In this document: piece after piece, positions 12,905 through 24,870 of the stretch
How positions within the stretch are numbered: position 1 is the first letter of the stretch
Layout: each line of letters begins with the position of its first letter
From: Octopus sinensis
Taxonomy: Eukaryota
Direction of reading: 5' to 3'
DNA length: 64,000 nucleotides
Assembly: GCF_006345805.1 (NCBI RefSeq)
Contig: NC_042997.1
Location: 89,776,001-89,840,000, forward strand
Made by a program: the position numbers and the translations under genes
Notes under the pieces: model-generated
What the model saw: only the letters and a program-made list of their open reading frames with translations
Database searches by the model: none
Told to the model about the DNA's origin: nothing

Positions 12905-13850
12905 GGGTGAAGAAAAGATCGAGACTGGGCACCTGGCACGTTGTTAGGCGTTAACAGCCCTCTACAAGTCAGGCAATAGATTTGGTGGATGTTCTGCTTT
13001 AGAAATTTATAGAGGATTAGTGGCAGGGAAGTGCAATGATGTTCTCGAGGAGACTGGGTGCTAGTTAGTCTGTTCCGGAGGACTTCCGGTTGGGAACTTC
13101 ATGAATAATTTCCAGATTTCCTTGGCCTGGCAGTGTTACCAGTGGGAGAGGGGCACTCCCAGTTTGAGATAAACTCTACAGACACAGATGTGCTGTCAGA
13201 CGGACTTGTCTGAGGGGTGTGCAGAGTGAGAAAACCATTCTGCATGCCCTCGTTCAGTGTCTGGGCATTACTGACTTGTGGGGTTATGTTGAACAGCTGC
13301 TGTTATGTGTGGGACAGATCCATCTGTTGGCTGAGTCTGTAGTGATGATCAAATTGCCACCCTCCATCAGTCAGGCAGGTAAAGCAATTTTCCTTTGCAT
13401 GGTGGCTGTGGCGAAAGAGGTTGTTTGGTGGACAAGGCTGAAAGCATGAAGACAGATGCATTCCTCTTTGGTAGAGCTCTCATTGACATTCACTTGAAAA
13501 GCATTCACTTGAAAAGGAAATTGAGAGTGGAGAGGGAAGTGCTGTCCTCGAGTGAATTTATTGAAAGGTCAGTGAACCTTGCGAAAATGGCAAGAGTGGA
13601 TGGTCCCTCTCTAAGTGAAGGCCTGTGAGTTGGAGAGAAGGAATTGGAGAGGGTGCATGCTCCTCTAGGGAAATCTTGCACAGTGCGGTTCCTCAATTAT
13701 CCTTAGTCCTTCCTGTACCAGGAGGGTTACATCTCTATTGCCACATTTTCTTTTTTAACCTTTGTATGCTATGCATAGGTCTCTTCTTTTTCAATGTATA
13801 CGGTGTATACTTTCTTTCATTTTTATATGTATATATGCATGTATGTCTGT
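12905..13850 (+). mobile_element. Tx1/L1-clade LINE 3' fragment (zf-RVT-like C-terminus plus 3' UTR)
   Basis: Reads NNFQISLAWQCY..RALPV*DKLYRH..C....SEKTILHALVQC..LWGYVEQLL...AKEVVWWTRLK...LKRKLRVEREVLS, with stops and frameshifts. Contains a 15-bp tandem duplication, cattcacttgaaaag x2. Confidence 0.7.
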
Positions 13851-14070
13851 GTGTGTTTGTGTCTGTGTTTGTCCCACCACCACCATTGCTTAACTACCGA
13901 TGTTGGTGTGTTTGCATCCCTGTAATTTAGCTGTTCAGCAGAAGAGACTGATAGAATAAGTACCAGGGTTACAAGGAATAAGTCCAGGGGTCAATTTCTT
14001 CAACTAAAAGGTGGTGCTCCAGCATGGCCACCGTCAAATGACTGAAACAAGTAAAAGGATAAAAGAATAC
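13850..14070 (+). mobile_element. SINE family B, 3' half
   Basis: Ends ggtggtgctccagcatggccaccgtcaaatgactgaaacaagtaaaag. Confidence 0.7.
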
Positions 14071-14239
14071 CAGAAAAACGTTCTGTACCACTAAACCAAG
14101 AAGATTTTTTTGAATATGTATGATGCATTTTAAGGTTAAATAGTAATTCTGTTTATGTTTGTGTAACTGAAATATTTTGGTTGGATTATATAGTCATTGG
14201 TATTACATTACTTTCTATATTCTGTAATTGTTACAATAT

Positions 14240-14855
14240 ACTTTTCTAAACCTGAAATTTTTGTGGGGAGGGGGCCAGTTGATTAGATTGACTCCAGTAC
14301 ACAGCTGGTTCTCAGTTTATCAATCCCGGCAGAATTTGAACTCAGAACGTAAAGACAGATGCAAACATTTCTTATGGCACCAGTACACTGTTTATTGATG
14401 CTTGCACTTTTTATATTTTCTATGAATTTTTCATGGGTCCAGTTAGCTATTATTATTATTATTGCTATGTTCTGAGTTCAAATTCCACCAAGGTCGACTT
14501 TGCTTTTCAGCCTTTCAGGGTTGATAAAATGCATTCCAGTTGAACACTGAGGCTGATGTAATCAACTCCTCCCTTCTCCCCAAAAATTGCTTCCCTTCTG
14601 ACAAAATTTGAAATCATCATTATTATTATTGTTATTAAAGGCAGTGTGCTGGGAAGAGCATTACTGAGCTTCACAAAATGCTTATCAGTATCTCTTCTGA
14701 CTTTTTACATTCAGAGTTCAAATGCTGCTGAGGTCAATTTTGCTTTTTATATTTTTGAAGTTAATAAATAAATACCAGTTGAACACTGGGGTCAATGTGA
14801 TTGAATTGTTGCTCCTCTAAAATTGCTGGCCTTGTGCCAAAATTAGAAAGAAATA
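14240..14855. mobile_element. SINE family A copies (one minus partial, two plus)
   Basis: Same consensus as 1510-4105. Confidence 0.65.
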
Positions 14856-16339
14856 TATTTTTTTATTATTATTTGGGTGGTGAATTGGTAAAATTATTGG
14901 AATGTTGGACAAAATGTCTTCTCATATTTAGCAATGTGAAATTTTTTTATTTAGCAACATATTTTGCATACAGAAAAGAAATAAAAAAAAATTAAAAGTA
15001 TAAAAGATTAAATTATCAAGAACAGATCCCAGGATGACTTCAACAAGGAAACAAAGAAAAAGAAAAAAGCAAGGGGTGGGAATTAAGCAATAAAAGATGG
15101 TGAGGGAGTGAGTTACAGGTTGTACTCCTCAGTCCAAATGGTGTGTTCAGATGTGCCCTGCAAGCATAATTGCAACGCTATTGCTGTAGACAATGGCCAG
15201 TGACACTCACTGTAATGACCACTCCATCTCATGGGGATCATTTTCCAGATGACCTGCTGTCATCCTGATTTTGTGGGGGAAATCAGCAGTGTGGGAACTG
15301 GGAACACCTGAAGTCTTGACAAAACCTGCAAAATCATGCTGAGGCTAACCTTGTCTTTGATTCTTCTGGAATCGATCAAATAATCAAGTACCAGTATGTT
15401 GTTTGTTCATGTACTGGGGTTGATATAATTGATTGTTCCCCTCCACTAAATTTCTGAGATTGAGCCTATATAAGAAATTGATAATAAACAAGAACAGATA
15501 ATTTATTCCTATTTTGAGATTTTTTAATAAAATATAAATATACTCATATGAAGCTTGGTTCACCATGATTTGTTTATGTCATATATCTTATGTTGTAGAG
15601 CTGACAAAATTAGTTTTGCATAAAAAGTTACCCTTATATTCATCAAATATGGATTTAATCACTATACTTTAATTTCAAGGAACTGTCAACTAGCAGTAGG
15701 GATTATGTTTGAAATTACTTTTGGGGCTGTATTGGGGATTAGATACTAAATTAATTTCAATGCTTTCTGCTTATATACAACTTTGTTTTTTTTTGTAATT
15801 ATTTCGTTATCTAGAATGAGTTTTTTTGCACATTCCTTTTTAATTAAATTTTGATATGAATGTTATTAGTATTTTAAGTTCCATCTTTAAAGGCTGAGAG
15901 CATCAGTATTATGGTTTTGTTGAAATTTAAGGATTATGTTCTTTATTTGTTACAATGCTGACATTTGTTCAGTTTATTAATTTCAGTGGAGGAAAAAAAA
16001 AAAAAAACAAGACAAAAATTTGTGGCTTACAATTTACTTCAGAAAAATTATAATCAGCATATTATTAACTGAATATGTTTTTATTACACCAGATTAGCTG
16101 AATGAAAATACTGTCATTAACTAACTAGAGCTGTAAATACTATAAGCTTCAACTAAATCAGTAGAAGAAAGCTCGAAAGCTAAAGGCAATAGATTAAGCT
16201 GTTTTTCCTTGTATTCATTTATTTTTCTTTTATGGCTTGAGCAGAGGAGGAAGAGCTGCACTTATGGTACTTTTCAAGGCCTTCTGTTTTCAACAGAGTT
16301 GTCTGTTAAAAACACCCAAAGAACCATGTGGTGGTGTTA

Positions 16340-16600
16340 AACCAGGTGATTGATTTTTCTTCTTCCATATGGCATGTTAGTGGCCAGAATCTTTCACCTT
16401 CTCCAGTCCTACACACAACTTAGCATGTTATTGGGTGACTCTTTCTATTGCCAGCTGGTTAGGCCATCGAATATATTTTCTCTTTGCCTTCCCCAGCTTC
16501 TACTTTTGTTTTCCAATTGTCATCAAGTACTCAAGGCTTTGCTTTCTCATATCATAAAATAAATGAACTTAGCTTATTGTTAAGAAGTTTTTTGGTGGTT
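16340..16600 (-). mobile_element. Degenerate RTE-like LINE 3' end
   Basis: Minus frame GRQRENIFDGLTSWQ*KESPNNMLSCV*DWRR resembles the RTE C-terminal GRxR..DG..W...DR..W motif. Confidence 0.4.
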
Positions 16601-16949
16601 CTTGCTTGTCTAACAAGACTAATGTTTGTTACTCTAGACCATATCTATCCCATTCCGAGTTTTCTGTATTGTCCAAACAACTGATCTTATTGAGTCATCT
16701 GTTGTTTTTAGATTTCAAACATCCTTAGAGAGAGTTGTTGCCTACTAATTGCTTGGATATTCTTTGTTGACCACAGTATTTCAACTTCTGTATTATATCA
16801 CCATTCATCATCATCGTTTTAACATCCACTTTTTCATGTTCACATTGGTTGGATGGAATTTGTGAGCCATTTTTATATTTGCACCTATAATGTCTAATAT
16901 AATTATATGGCATACTATTTGAACAACACTGTGTTAGTGCTGGTCTACA

Positions 16950-17400
16950 ATGTATAAGCTTGGAGTACTTGTAATAAGCTTCACAGTATCTGACAATCAG
17001 GTATTTCAAAGTTAACACGGCTGTTCTTTTTCAGAGCATGTGTAGAGAGCCTTCTTTTCTATGAGCAGAAACCTGGACCATGAAGAAGGAACTTCATGGT
17101 TTCCTTGACTATATGCACACTTTTGTTGCTCAATATAGTGTAGGCTTTGCTGGCTACTTCTACTATGCTGAACACAGCCAGCCTTATAACATGTTATACT
17201 TTGAAGGCTTTTTACCCTGGCAGAGGAGAAAGCACACTCAGCTACATTAATGTTATTGGCAAAAATGCATCATGTAATTGAGGACCTACTGAAGCTAATG
17301 GAGTACCAAGATACCTTGAATGAAGTAATTCATCTTGATTGTGGCCACTTGATGAAGAACAGAGTTAGAGAGGAAGGCAATAGGTTGAAGAGGGAAATTT
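16950..17400 (+). mobile_element. Degenerate RTE-like LINE C-terminal remnant
   Basis: Fragments ...L*AETWTMKKEL..., FAGY.Y.A..., LSYINVI...DLLKLM, across frameshifts. Confidence 0.45.
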
Positions 17401-17508
17401 CTGTTTTAACTTGAAATTGATGGCTGATAGAGTTACCTCTCTTGACATCGCTGGTAGTTAAGAAGACTTTTCCTAATATAACCAATAGACTGATTTGTTT
17501 GCTTATAC

Positions 17509-18880
17509 CTTTGGTTCCCAAACTGGGGTCTGCAAAGCGATTTTAGGAGGTCCACAAAGGGGGTCACCAATTTTCAGATTTTTAATGTTCAAATCCCTAG
17601 ATTTTCTGGTTTTAGCTAAAACTGGAACCATTGAACATGCACACTATACAGAACCCCTAATTTACACATTAAGAAAACCCTTAATGATAGAATGCATTTG
17701 AGGCAATGCATGCAGGGCATACAAACATGTACTTGGATGCAGGCATCCCTCTGTGGCTTTATCGATCAGTACGGAGATATGGGCACAACAAGTCTAAACA
17801 GGATTGAAAATTGGCAGTGTAACAACCCAGAATATACCCCTGCCCAGACTATACCCAGACTATAGCACTGATTATACCCACTCCAGACAACCAGACCATA
17901 GCCCTGATTATACCCACTCCAGATAGCCAGACCAGAATATGCCCCTGACCAGACTATACCTCTTGCTTGTGGACAAATAACACAGATGTACCACACTTAT
18001 AAAAATTACTTCAGAGAATATATATAAAATTTTATATTACTCAATGAAGAATTAAAAGTTACATGTAAATTTTGATTTAAACATAGCAACTTGGAATTAT
18101 CAAATGCAAAATACTTTAAAATGTACCAATATAAACCCAACATGAATGGCCACAGTTGCACAAGTCTAGGCTATGACTCACAGTATAGGTATGCTGTGCA
18201 GCATGCATGAGTCATCAATTTTTTTTCCAATCTACCTATACATTGGGTTTATATTGGTACACTGAATATTTGCAATTAATAATTCTAAATTCCTATCTTT
18301 AAATCGAAATTTACATGTAACTTTTAATTCTTCATCAATTGATATCAAATTTTATATATGTTCTGAGGCAACTTTTATAAGTGAGGTACATCTGTGTTAT
18401 TTGTCTGCAAATGTAGGGTATAGTCTGGACAGGGGAATATTCTGGGCTAGCCCAGACTAGCCCTGGGTATAGTCTGGGCTGTTACAGCAGCCGTAACACT
18501 GGCTCATTGATGACATAGTCTGCAAGAGTGGTTTATGAAGAGGTTGCAATTTGTTTTCACCATCACACATTTACGAATGCCTATATTTTCGACATATTTC
18601 TCGCAATAAACTGGATTTTGTGCATGACATGAGGGCTGCATTATCAAAAACACAGCCTAATATTGAGGACATATTACAGACCAAACAAGTTCACTCTTCT
18701 CATTGAAATTTTTTATTTTACCAGTAAAATTTTATCTCATGAAAAATTATTTTATATAAGGTCATTTTGCTTTGTTTGTCTTCTGATTTTTTCATTTTGG
18801 AGTTGGGGTCCATGAAGCCTCAAGGAAGGGTGGGTGGGGATCTGTAGGATGAAAATTTTGAAAAAGTTTGGGAACCAAGG
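17509..18880 (+). mobile_element. Non-autonomous hAT (Charlie/Buster-like) element
   Basis: 16-bp TIRs (CTTTGGTTCCCAAACT / AGTTTGGGAACCAAGG). Perfect 8-bp TSD GCTTATAC at 17501-17508 and 18881-18888. Transposase C-terminus RNKLDFVHDMRAALSKTQPNIEDILQTKQVHSSH* at 18602-18706. Confidence 0.85.
17818..18486. mobile_element. Foldback / long-TIR non-autonomous element with TGT...ACA ends (Ginger-like)
   Basis: Starts TGTAACA and ends TGTTACA. 4-bp TSD GCAG at 17814-17817 and 18487-18490. Arms 17818-18140 and 18243-18486 are diverged reverse complements with subterminal CCAGACTATA(C) repeats and a ~100-bp spacer. Confidence 0.75.
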
Positions 18881-20254
18881 GCTTATACCATTGAAGGAAA
18901 GAGAAAGAGTAAAATACAATTTGAGGTTAAAATTGTAATAAATAGATTATTATTATTATCTGATACTATATTATTGTCACAGCTGGTATAGAGATTGAAT
19001 CAAATAATAAATTATATCATTTTTTATTGACAATAAATTCATGTGAATTGAAATTTTTTAGTAACTGTAATTACACATTGGTGTAATTACAGATTTATGC
19101 CAGTAATATAAACATCAAATTTTTGAAGTAGTACTAATTTATATATTCTAAAATATGCTAAAAGAATATGTTGCATTTCTCAGGAAATAAAGAATACTGT
19201 GGTCAATTGTTGAATGAAAATCATAATTCCATGGAAATTTAATATTTCAAACATAGTGTATTTATTATTTGTATTAGATACACATATTGCTTTTTTTTTT
19301 CATTTTTAAAATATTACTCACATTTCAATAACCCATTATGAAAGGAGACCATAATAACCTAGGCAATATATATACACACATACATTCACTAGGTAGGGAA
19401 AAAAATCCAAGCTGTGTCCTCTTGAAGCACATCTGCTTATTCTGGTTTTACAACCCATTATGTAGTTATCATTGTTGTATTGATGTGAGACACATATTAA
19501 AGTTGAAAATTATGGAAATATTGTTTCCAGAGTTTATTATATATCAAAACAGGAATCTGGAAAATTTTTCAGTATTATCCACCATTACACATGTTTCATT
19601 TGCTAATAGGAATTACAAAATAGTACATGGTGGATAATTTTATGGAGCTTAGATCATCATCATCATCATAATCTATGCCCACTTTTCCATGCTTGCATGG
19701 CTCAAATGAGATTTGTTGAGGTAGCTTTTCTACAGCTTGATGCCCTTCCTCTTTCCAACTCTCACCTGTTTCCAAGTAACAGTAAATACATGAGACACTT
19801 CTTTTGCAAAATTATGGCCTTCTCCATTGCATTTGAAGACCAGTGTCAAGTGGATGGATATCTGTAGAGATGATGTACCAAGATAGTTTATTGCAACAAC
19901 ATGTCATTGTGAACTCATTATTCCTAGGAAAGTTATTTCTGGAGCATGACATTGAGTTTATGTATTATTAGATGAATGACATAACAAAGTATTTTGATAA
20001 TAGCCCATGAAAACACTTCCATTTTCCTTATCAAAAAACAAAAACATGCTCTTTATTATTTTTTTCTTTTAAACGTATTAAATGTCTATTTCTAACAAAG
20101 TAAACACTCTCCCTTTCAGAGAGCCCTTGAGAAGAAAAACTGCTGACATTTTTTATTAAAACAAGTTGTTAGAAACAATAAATAGAAAAGAAAAATATGA
20201 ATATTTTTAGGAAAGTCTTTTGGAAGAGAAAAATATATCTACAACAATCTGTCT

Positions 20255-20405
20255 CTTCCTTCCTTCCTTCCTTCTTTCCTCCCTCCCTCCCTTCCTTCCT
20301 TCCTTCCTTCCTTCCTTCCTTCCTTCCTTCCTTCCTTCCTCCCTCCCTCCCTCCCTCCCTCCCTCTCTCCCTCTCTTTCTTTCTTTCTTTCTTTTTTTCC
20401 TTTTT
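20255..20405. repeat. (CCTT)n/(CCCT)n/(CTTT)n polypyrimidine tract
   Basis: Directly visible. Confidence 0.95.
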
Positions 20406-20747
20406 TTTCTTTCATTAAGGTAGTGTAGATTAAAATGGTGTGACTTGTTCCTTTCTTTCTCTAACAGTATGTATGTCCGTGTGTTTGTTTATGAATAACC
20501 TAGTGTGTGTGTGTGTGTGTCTTGATGTCATGATATGTCTCTCTGTATTGATGCAATAAGCAACAAGATGTTTTAGTTTTCAGGGTTCCATGAACAAGAA
20601 ATGAACTGGAATTATTTTAGGCTAGGCAAAAGACTAGGCTTAAATAGTATTCTGTTTTATTTAAAGTCAGGCAATAAAAAAAACGAGACTTTTAATTTTT
20701 GTATTTTAATGATATTTTTTATTCTAAACTTATAATATTTATCTTAA

Positions 20748-20958
20748 CTCTTTAGTAATCACATTGTTTTGTCAAATATAACACTTATTTATTCACATTG
20801 TTTTGAATTATCTCATAACTCTGAGATTTTAATGATGTAATTGTTTATTTTTAGGATGACATTGTTGGGTTCATATAAGATGTTGGATCTGATCAGTTTG
20901 AACATAAAAAGAGGCAGAATATTTTGGCTGGATTTGGTCAGTTTAAATGCTTAAAGGG
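20748..20958. mobile_element. piggyBac-like MITE, family 1
   Basis: TTAA|CTCTTTAG...AAAGGG|TTAA; same internal sequence as 30271-30487. Confidence 0.6.
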
Positions 20959-21199
20959 TTAAAATTAAGTATATTTTACTATAACATATTACCATGGTTT
21001 CATCTAGGCGCGTCTTCTCTCACTCATATAAATTAAGGTTAAATCTTTTCTACACTGATTATGGATCTGAGTCACTGCATTTCCAGAATGCAAAGCCACC
21101 TGCTTGGAGGTCTTTATATCTAAATAAATTTCATCATAATTCTGAATATGAACCTTTTATTATGTTACAAATGCCAACTATATATATAGATAGATAGGC

Positions 21200-21540
21200 A
21201 ATGCAATGGGTCAGTGGTTAGTACATTGGGCTCACAATCACGAGGTAGAGAGTACAATTCCTGGATCGGGCTGTGTGTTGTGTTCTTTAGCAAGACACTT
21301 TGTTTCATGTGGCTCCAGTTCACTCAACTGTAGAAATGAATTGCAATATCATTGGTACCAAGCTGTATTGACCTTTGCCTTTCCTTTGGATAACATTGGT
21401 GGTGCAGGAAGGGGAGACTGGTATGTATGGGCAACTGCTGGTCTTTCATAAATAACCATGCCTGGACTTGTGTCTTGGAAGGTAACTTTCTAGGTGTAAT
21501 CCAATGGTTATTCATTACAAAAGGGGGTCTTTACTCTTTA
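21200..21540 (+). mobile_element. SINE family C (tRNA head)
   Basis: Reverse-complement homolog of ~3515-3848 and ~53890-54225; head ggtcagtggttag...ttcctggatc, tail gggggtctttactc. Confidence 0.65.
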
Positions 21541-22029
21541 CCCTTAATATACACAAATCAAAAATAAAACAAAAACAGGAAAAACTACAGAAGTCAAAAG
21601 GATGTACACAGTGAATGTATTATGTTGACACCCAGAGAAAGTTTAAGACTGTAAAAAAGATAGAATGTGATGTTTTGAGCTTGGATTTTCATCAGAAAGA
21701 GGAAAAAACCTTTAGAGAATGAAAACAATGGTTTAAGAAAAGTACGTGTGACATTAAACATACACACTAAAAAATGAATGAAATAATTATTTTACCTAAT
21801 CTTTCCAAATTCTTGTTATTTTCAAAACTAGTGCATAAGGTGTGTTTTTATTTGGGATTATAGTCATGAAGATGTCAGTGTTTAGATGAAAGGAGTAAGC
21901 TGGTGTTTTTGTTTTCTTTTGAGTATTGAGTGTTGAATAGAAGAATGTTTTGTCCTTACAATGTAACCTTTGAGTGAAGAAAGCACTTCTTAATTCTTTA
22001 TTGCCCACAAGGAGCTAAACATAGAGGGG

Positions 22030-22222
22030 ACAAACAAGGACAGACAAAGGGATTAAGTCAATTATATCAACCCCAGTGAGTAACTGGTACTTATTTAATC
22101 GACCCCGAAAGGATGAAAGGCAAAGTCGACCTCAGCGGAATTTGAACTCGGAATGTAACGGCAGACAAAATACCACTAAGCATTTCGCCCAGCATGTTAA
22201 CACTTCTGCCAGCTTGCCGCAC
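22030..22222 (-). mobile_element. SINE family A, little-decayed copy
   Basis: Retains many CpGs (aatcgaccccgaaaggatgaaaggcaaagtcgacctcagcggaatttgaactcggaatgtaacgg). Confidence 0.75.
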
Positions 22223-22659
22223 TCCTGTTCAAGTTTACCTCTTGCCCTACACTTTAGTGATTTTGAAAAGAAACAGAAAATTTCCTCATTTCCCCCTAAT
22301 GTTATCTCATCATTGCTGTATTTTGGTAATATTTAGCATAGATTCTAAAATTGAATAACAACAAATATACACATCATATATGCTTGGAAAGTGAATTCTG
22401 TTAAGTATATAGCTTGGATTCTGTTTTTAAACTAGCAATGAACAAATTCTCAGGAAAAATATTTTTTTCTTTCTTTACTCTGGATCACAAAACTGACAAT
22501 ATAGTTATTTTTAGATCATAATCTTGGATATTTTAGCTCTATTTATGTATCTCTAGAGTTCATATAGGTTATAAGACATAAGTAAATCAATAACAACTGA
22601 CGTTTTTTGATATAAAATTTTCAAACTCTATGTCAATTATCATTTTTATCTTTTATTTG

Positions 22660-23030
22660 TTTTAGTCATTGGACTGCTGCCATGCTGGGGCACCATCTTG
22701 AAGAGTTCAGCTGAGCAAATCAACCCTAGTACTTATTTTTTTAAAGTCTGATACTTATTGTATCAATCTCTTTTGCTGAACTGCTAAGTTATGGGGGTTG
22801 TAAACAAATCAACACTGGTTGTTAAGCAGTGGTATGGAAAGCAAACATAGACACATGCATACATACACACAATAGGCTTCCGCACAGTTTCTGTCTACCA
22901 GATTCACTCACACAGCCTCAGTCACCCTGGGGCTATAGTAAAAGACATTTTACTCAAAGTGCTGCACAGTGAGACTAAACTTGAAACCATATGGTTGCAA
23001 AGCAAGCTTCTTAACCACACAGCCATGTTT
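22660..23030 (-). mobile_element. SINE family B
   Basis: Reverse-complement match including the tail (tttagtcattggactgctgccatgctggggcacc). Confidence 0.7.
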
Positions 23031-23439
23031 GTACTTATAAAAAGTAGTATGCCCAACTTATATTTGTTTACATGCTACTTAAATTAGTTGTTCATTCATC
23101 CATCCTCTCCATCCCTTACTCCTGGGCTGGTTGTTGGGGTAGAATTATACACTTCCTCTATAGGGTCCCATCAGAAGCAACCCTTATCAGACTTTCCAGC
23201 TGGATTCCCAAGCATGACTGACTGAGATTATGGATAACAGTTTGACTTGGAGAGACTCCCTGATCTCTGAGCTCTGCACCCTGTCAACTAATGTTGCTCT
23301 AGAGATCCTTTGAAAGAACTCTATTTCAGTTGCTTGTATTCAAAATCATACTCATTTGGTTATTATACAACTTCTGTTATCTTAGGTGAGGATAAGTATG
23401 AAAATCAAGGTATATGAGGATAAGTATGAAAATTGAATC

Positions 23440-23700
23440 AAAGATAGCAAACTTGGTTTTTATTTTTACCAACCTCTCCTCTTCTGAAGATTGAATGCTG
23501 ATGCTGGTGCATTACTGTGCCAGCACTGGCAATTGTAACATCCAATTCAACTTCCTGTATTTCATCACTGATGAATATGGCCTTGAGATATTTAAACTTT
23601 TCCACTTGTCTCAGTGATGTTCTATTTACATGCAGAGTGCACTGAGAAGACTTTATTGAGAACCACTGTATCAGTCTATGCAACAGAAATTCTCATCCCT
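23440..23700 (-). mobile_element. RTE-like RT C-terminal remnant
   Basis: LRQVEKFKYLKAIFISDEIQEVELDVTIASAGTVM resembles RTE ..QVEKFKYLG..FTSDG....ELD.RIGKAS.VM. Confidence 0.6.
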
Positions 23701-23904
23701 GCTTTGCAGCATTTGGTAGTGAACCCATTCAATTGAATAAATAAATCATCATCATTTAATGTCTGTTTTCCATGCTGGCATGAGTTGGATGGTCTGACAA
23801 GAGCTGACCAGCTGGAAAACTGTCCAGACTCCAAGTATTTGTTTCAGCATGGTTTCTACAGCTGGATGCCCTTCTTAATGCCAACCACTTTACAGAATGT
23901 GCTG

Positions 23905-24112
23905 GGTGCTTTTTATATGCCACTGGCATTAGTGCATTTTACATAGAATCAACATGGGTGCATTTTATGTAGCATCAGCATGAGTGTGTTTTACATAGCA
24001 TTGGTATGTTCACATTTTGCATAGCACTTTCATGAGTGCATTTTACATAGCATCAGCATAAGTGCATTTTACATGACACCGGCACAAGTGCATTTTATGT
24101 GGCACTGGCACC
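23905..24112 (-). repeat. Degenerate ~25-27-bp minisatellite
   Basis: About 8 units like gtgcattttac(g/a)tggcaccggcacaa, the reverse complement of the RTE 3' UTR motif gtgccggtggcacgtaaaaagcac. Confidence 0.7.
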
Positions 24113-24659
24113 TGCAAGACAAAGACCTCTCAGCTGGAAGAGGGAGTGGGAGCATGGCCATAAAGGACATTCCTGTTATGTATGTATGGATGTCTGCGAT
24201 TTTACTTAGCTTGTCACGTCTAAAACAAACTTTGGGCAGCATGAAAGTTTATTAGACCTGATTGCAATACAAAAACTGGTTGCTAATGATTTAGCACCTG
24301 CATAATATTTTTATCTGGATAGTGAAAGTCTTAATCTTTGATATGTTTATTGATTTTTTACCATTGTGTATATATTATGAAATATCACTTTCTTAAAACT
24401 GGTGTCTATTTAGTTAATTAAAAAGTCTAATGTTTGTAATGTGCATTTGTAAATGAACATGTACTGAAAGCTTTTGAAATAACAATTCTTTTCATTATAA
24501 ATATTTTATAAATCTGCTGTAAGTAGTTTGTTTTTGTTTTGTGTATTGGTATTGTGTTACTCTAAACTTCATTGCAACAAAATGTTTTGATGAAGTAGTT
24601 AAAGTTTGGCAGCAGTTGTCTCATGATTTGTGTATTGCTACTACAGCAAGGAAAGCAAA

Positions 24660-24870
24660 TGCAAAATATTGGTTTCAAATTTTTGCACAAGGCCTGCAAT
24701 TTCGGGGGAGGGGGTAAATTTATTACATTGACCCTATGACTCAATTGGTACTTATCTCATTGACCCCAAAAGGATGAAAGGTAAAGTCGACCTTGGCAGA
24801 ATTTGATCTCAGAATATAAACACAAGCATTTTGCCTGGTGTGCTAATGATTCTACCAGCTTGCTGCCTTA
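24660..24870 (-). mobile_element. SINE family A
   Basis: Consensus match by eye. Confidence 0.7.
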
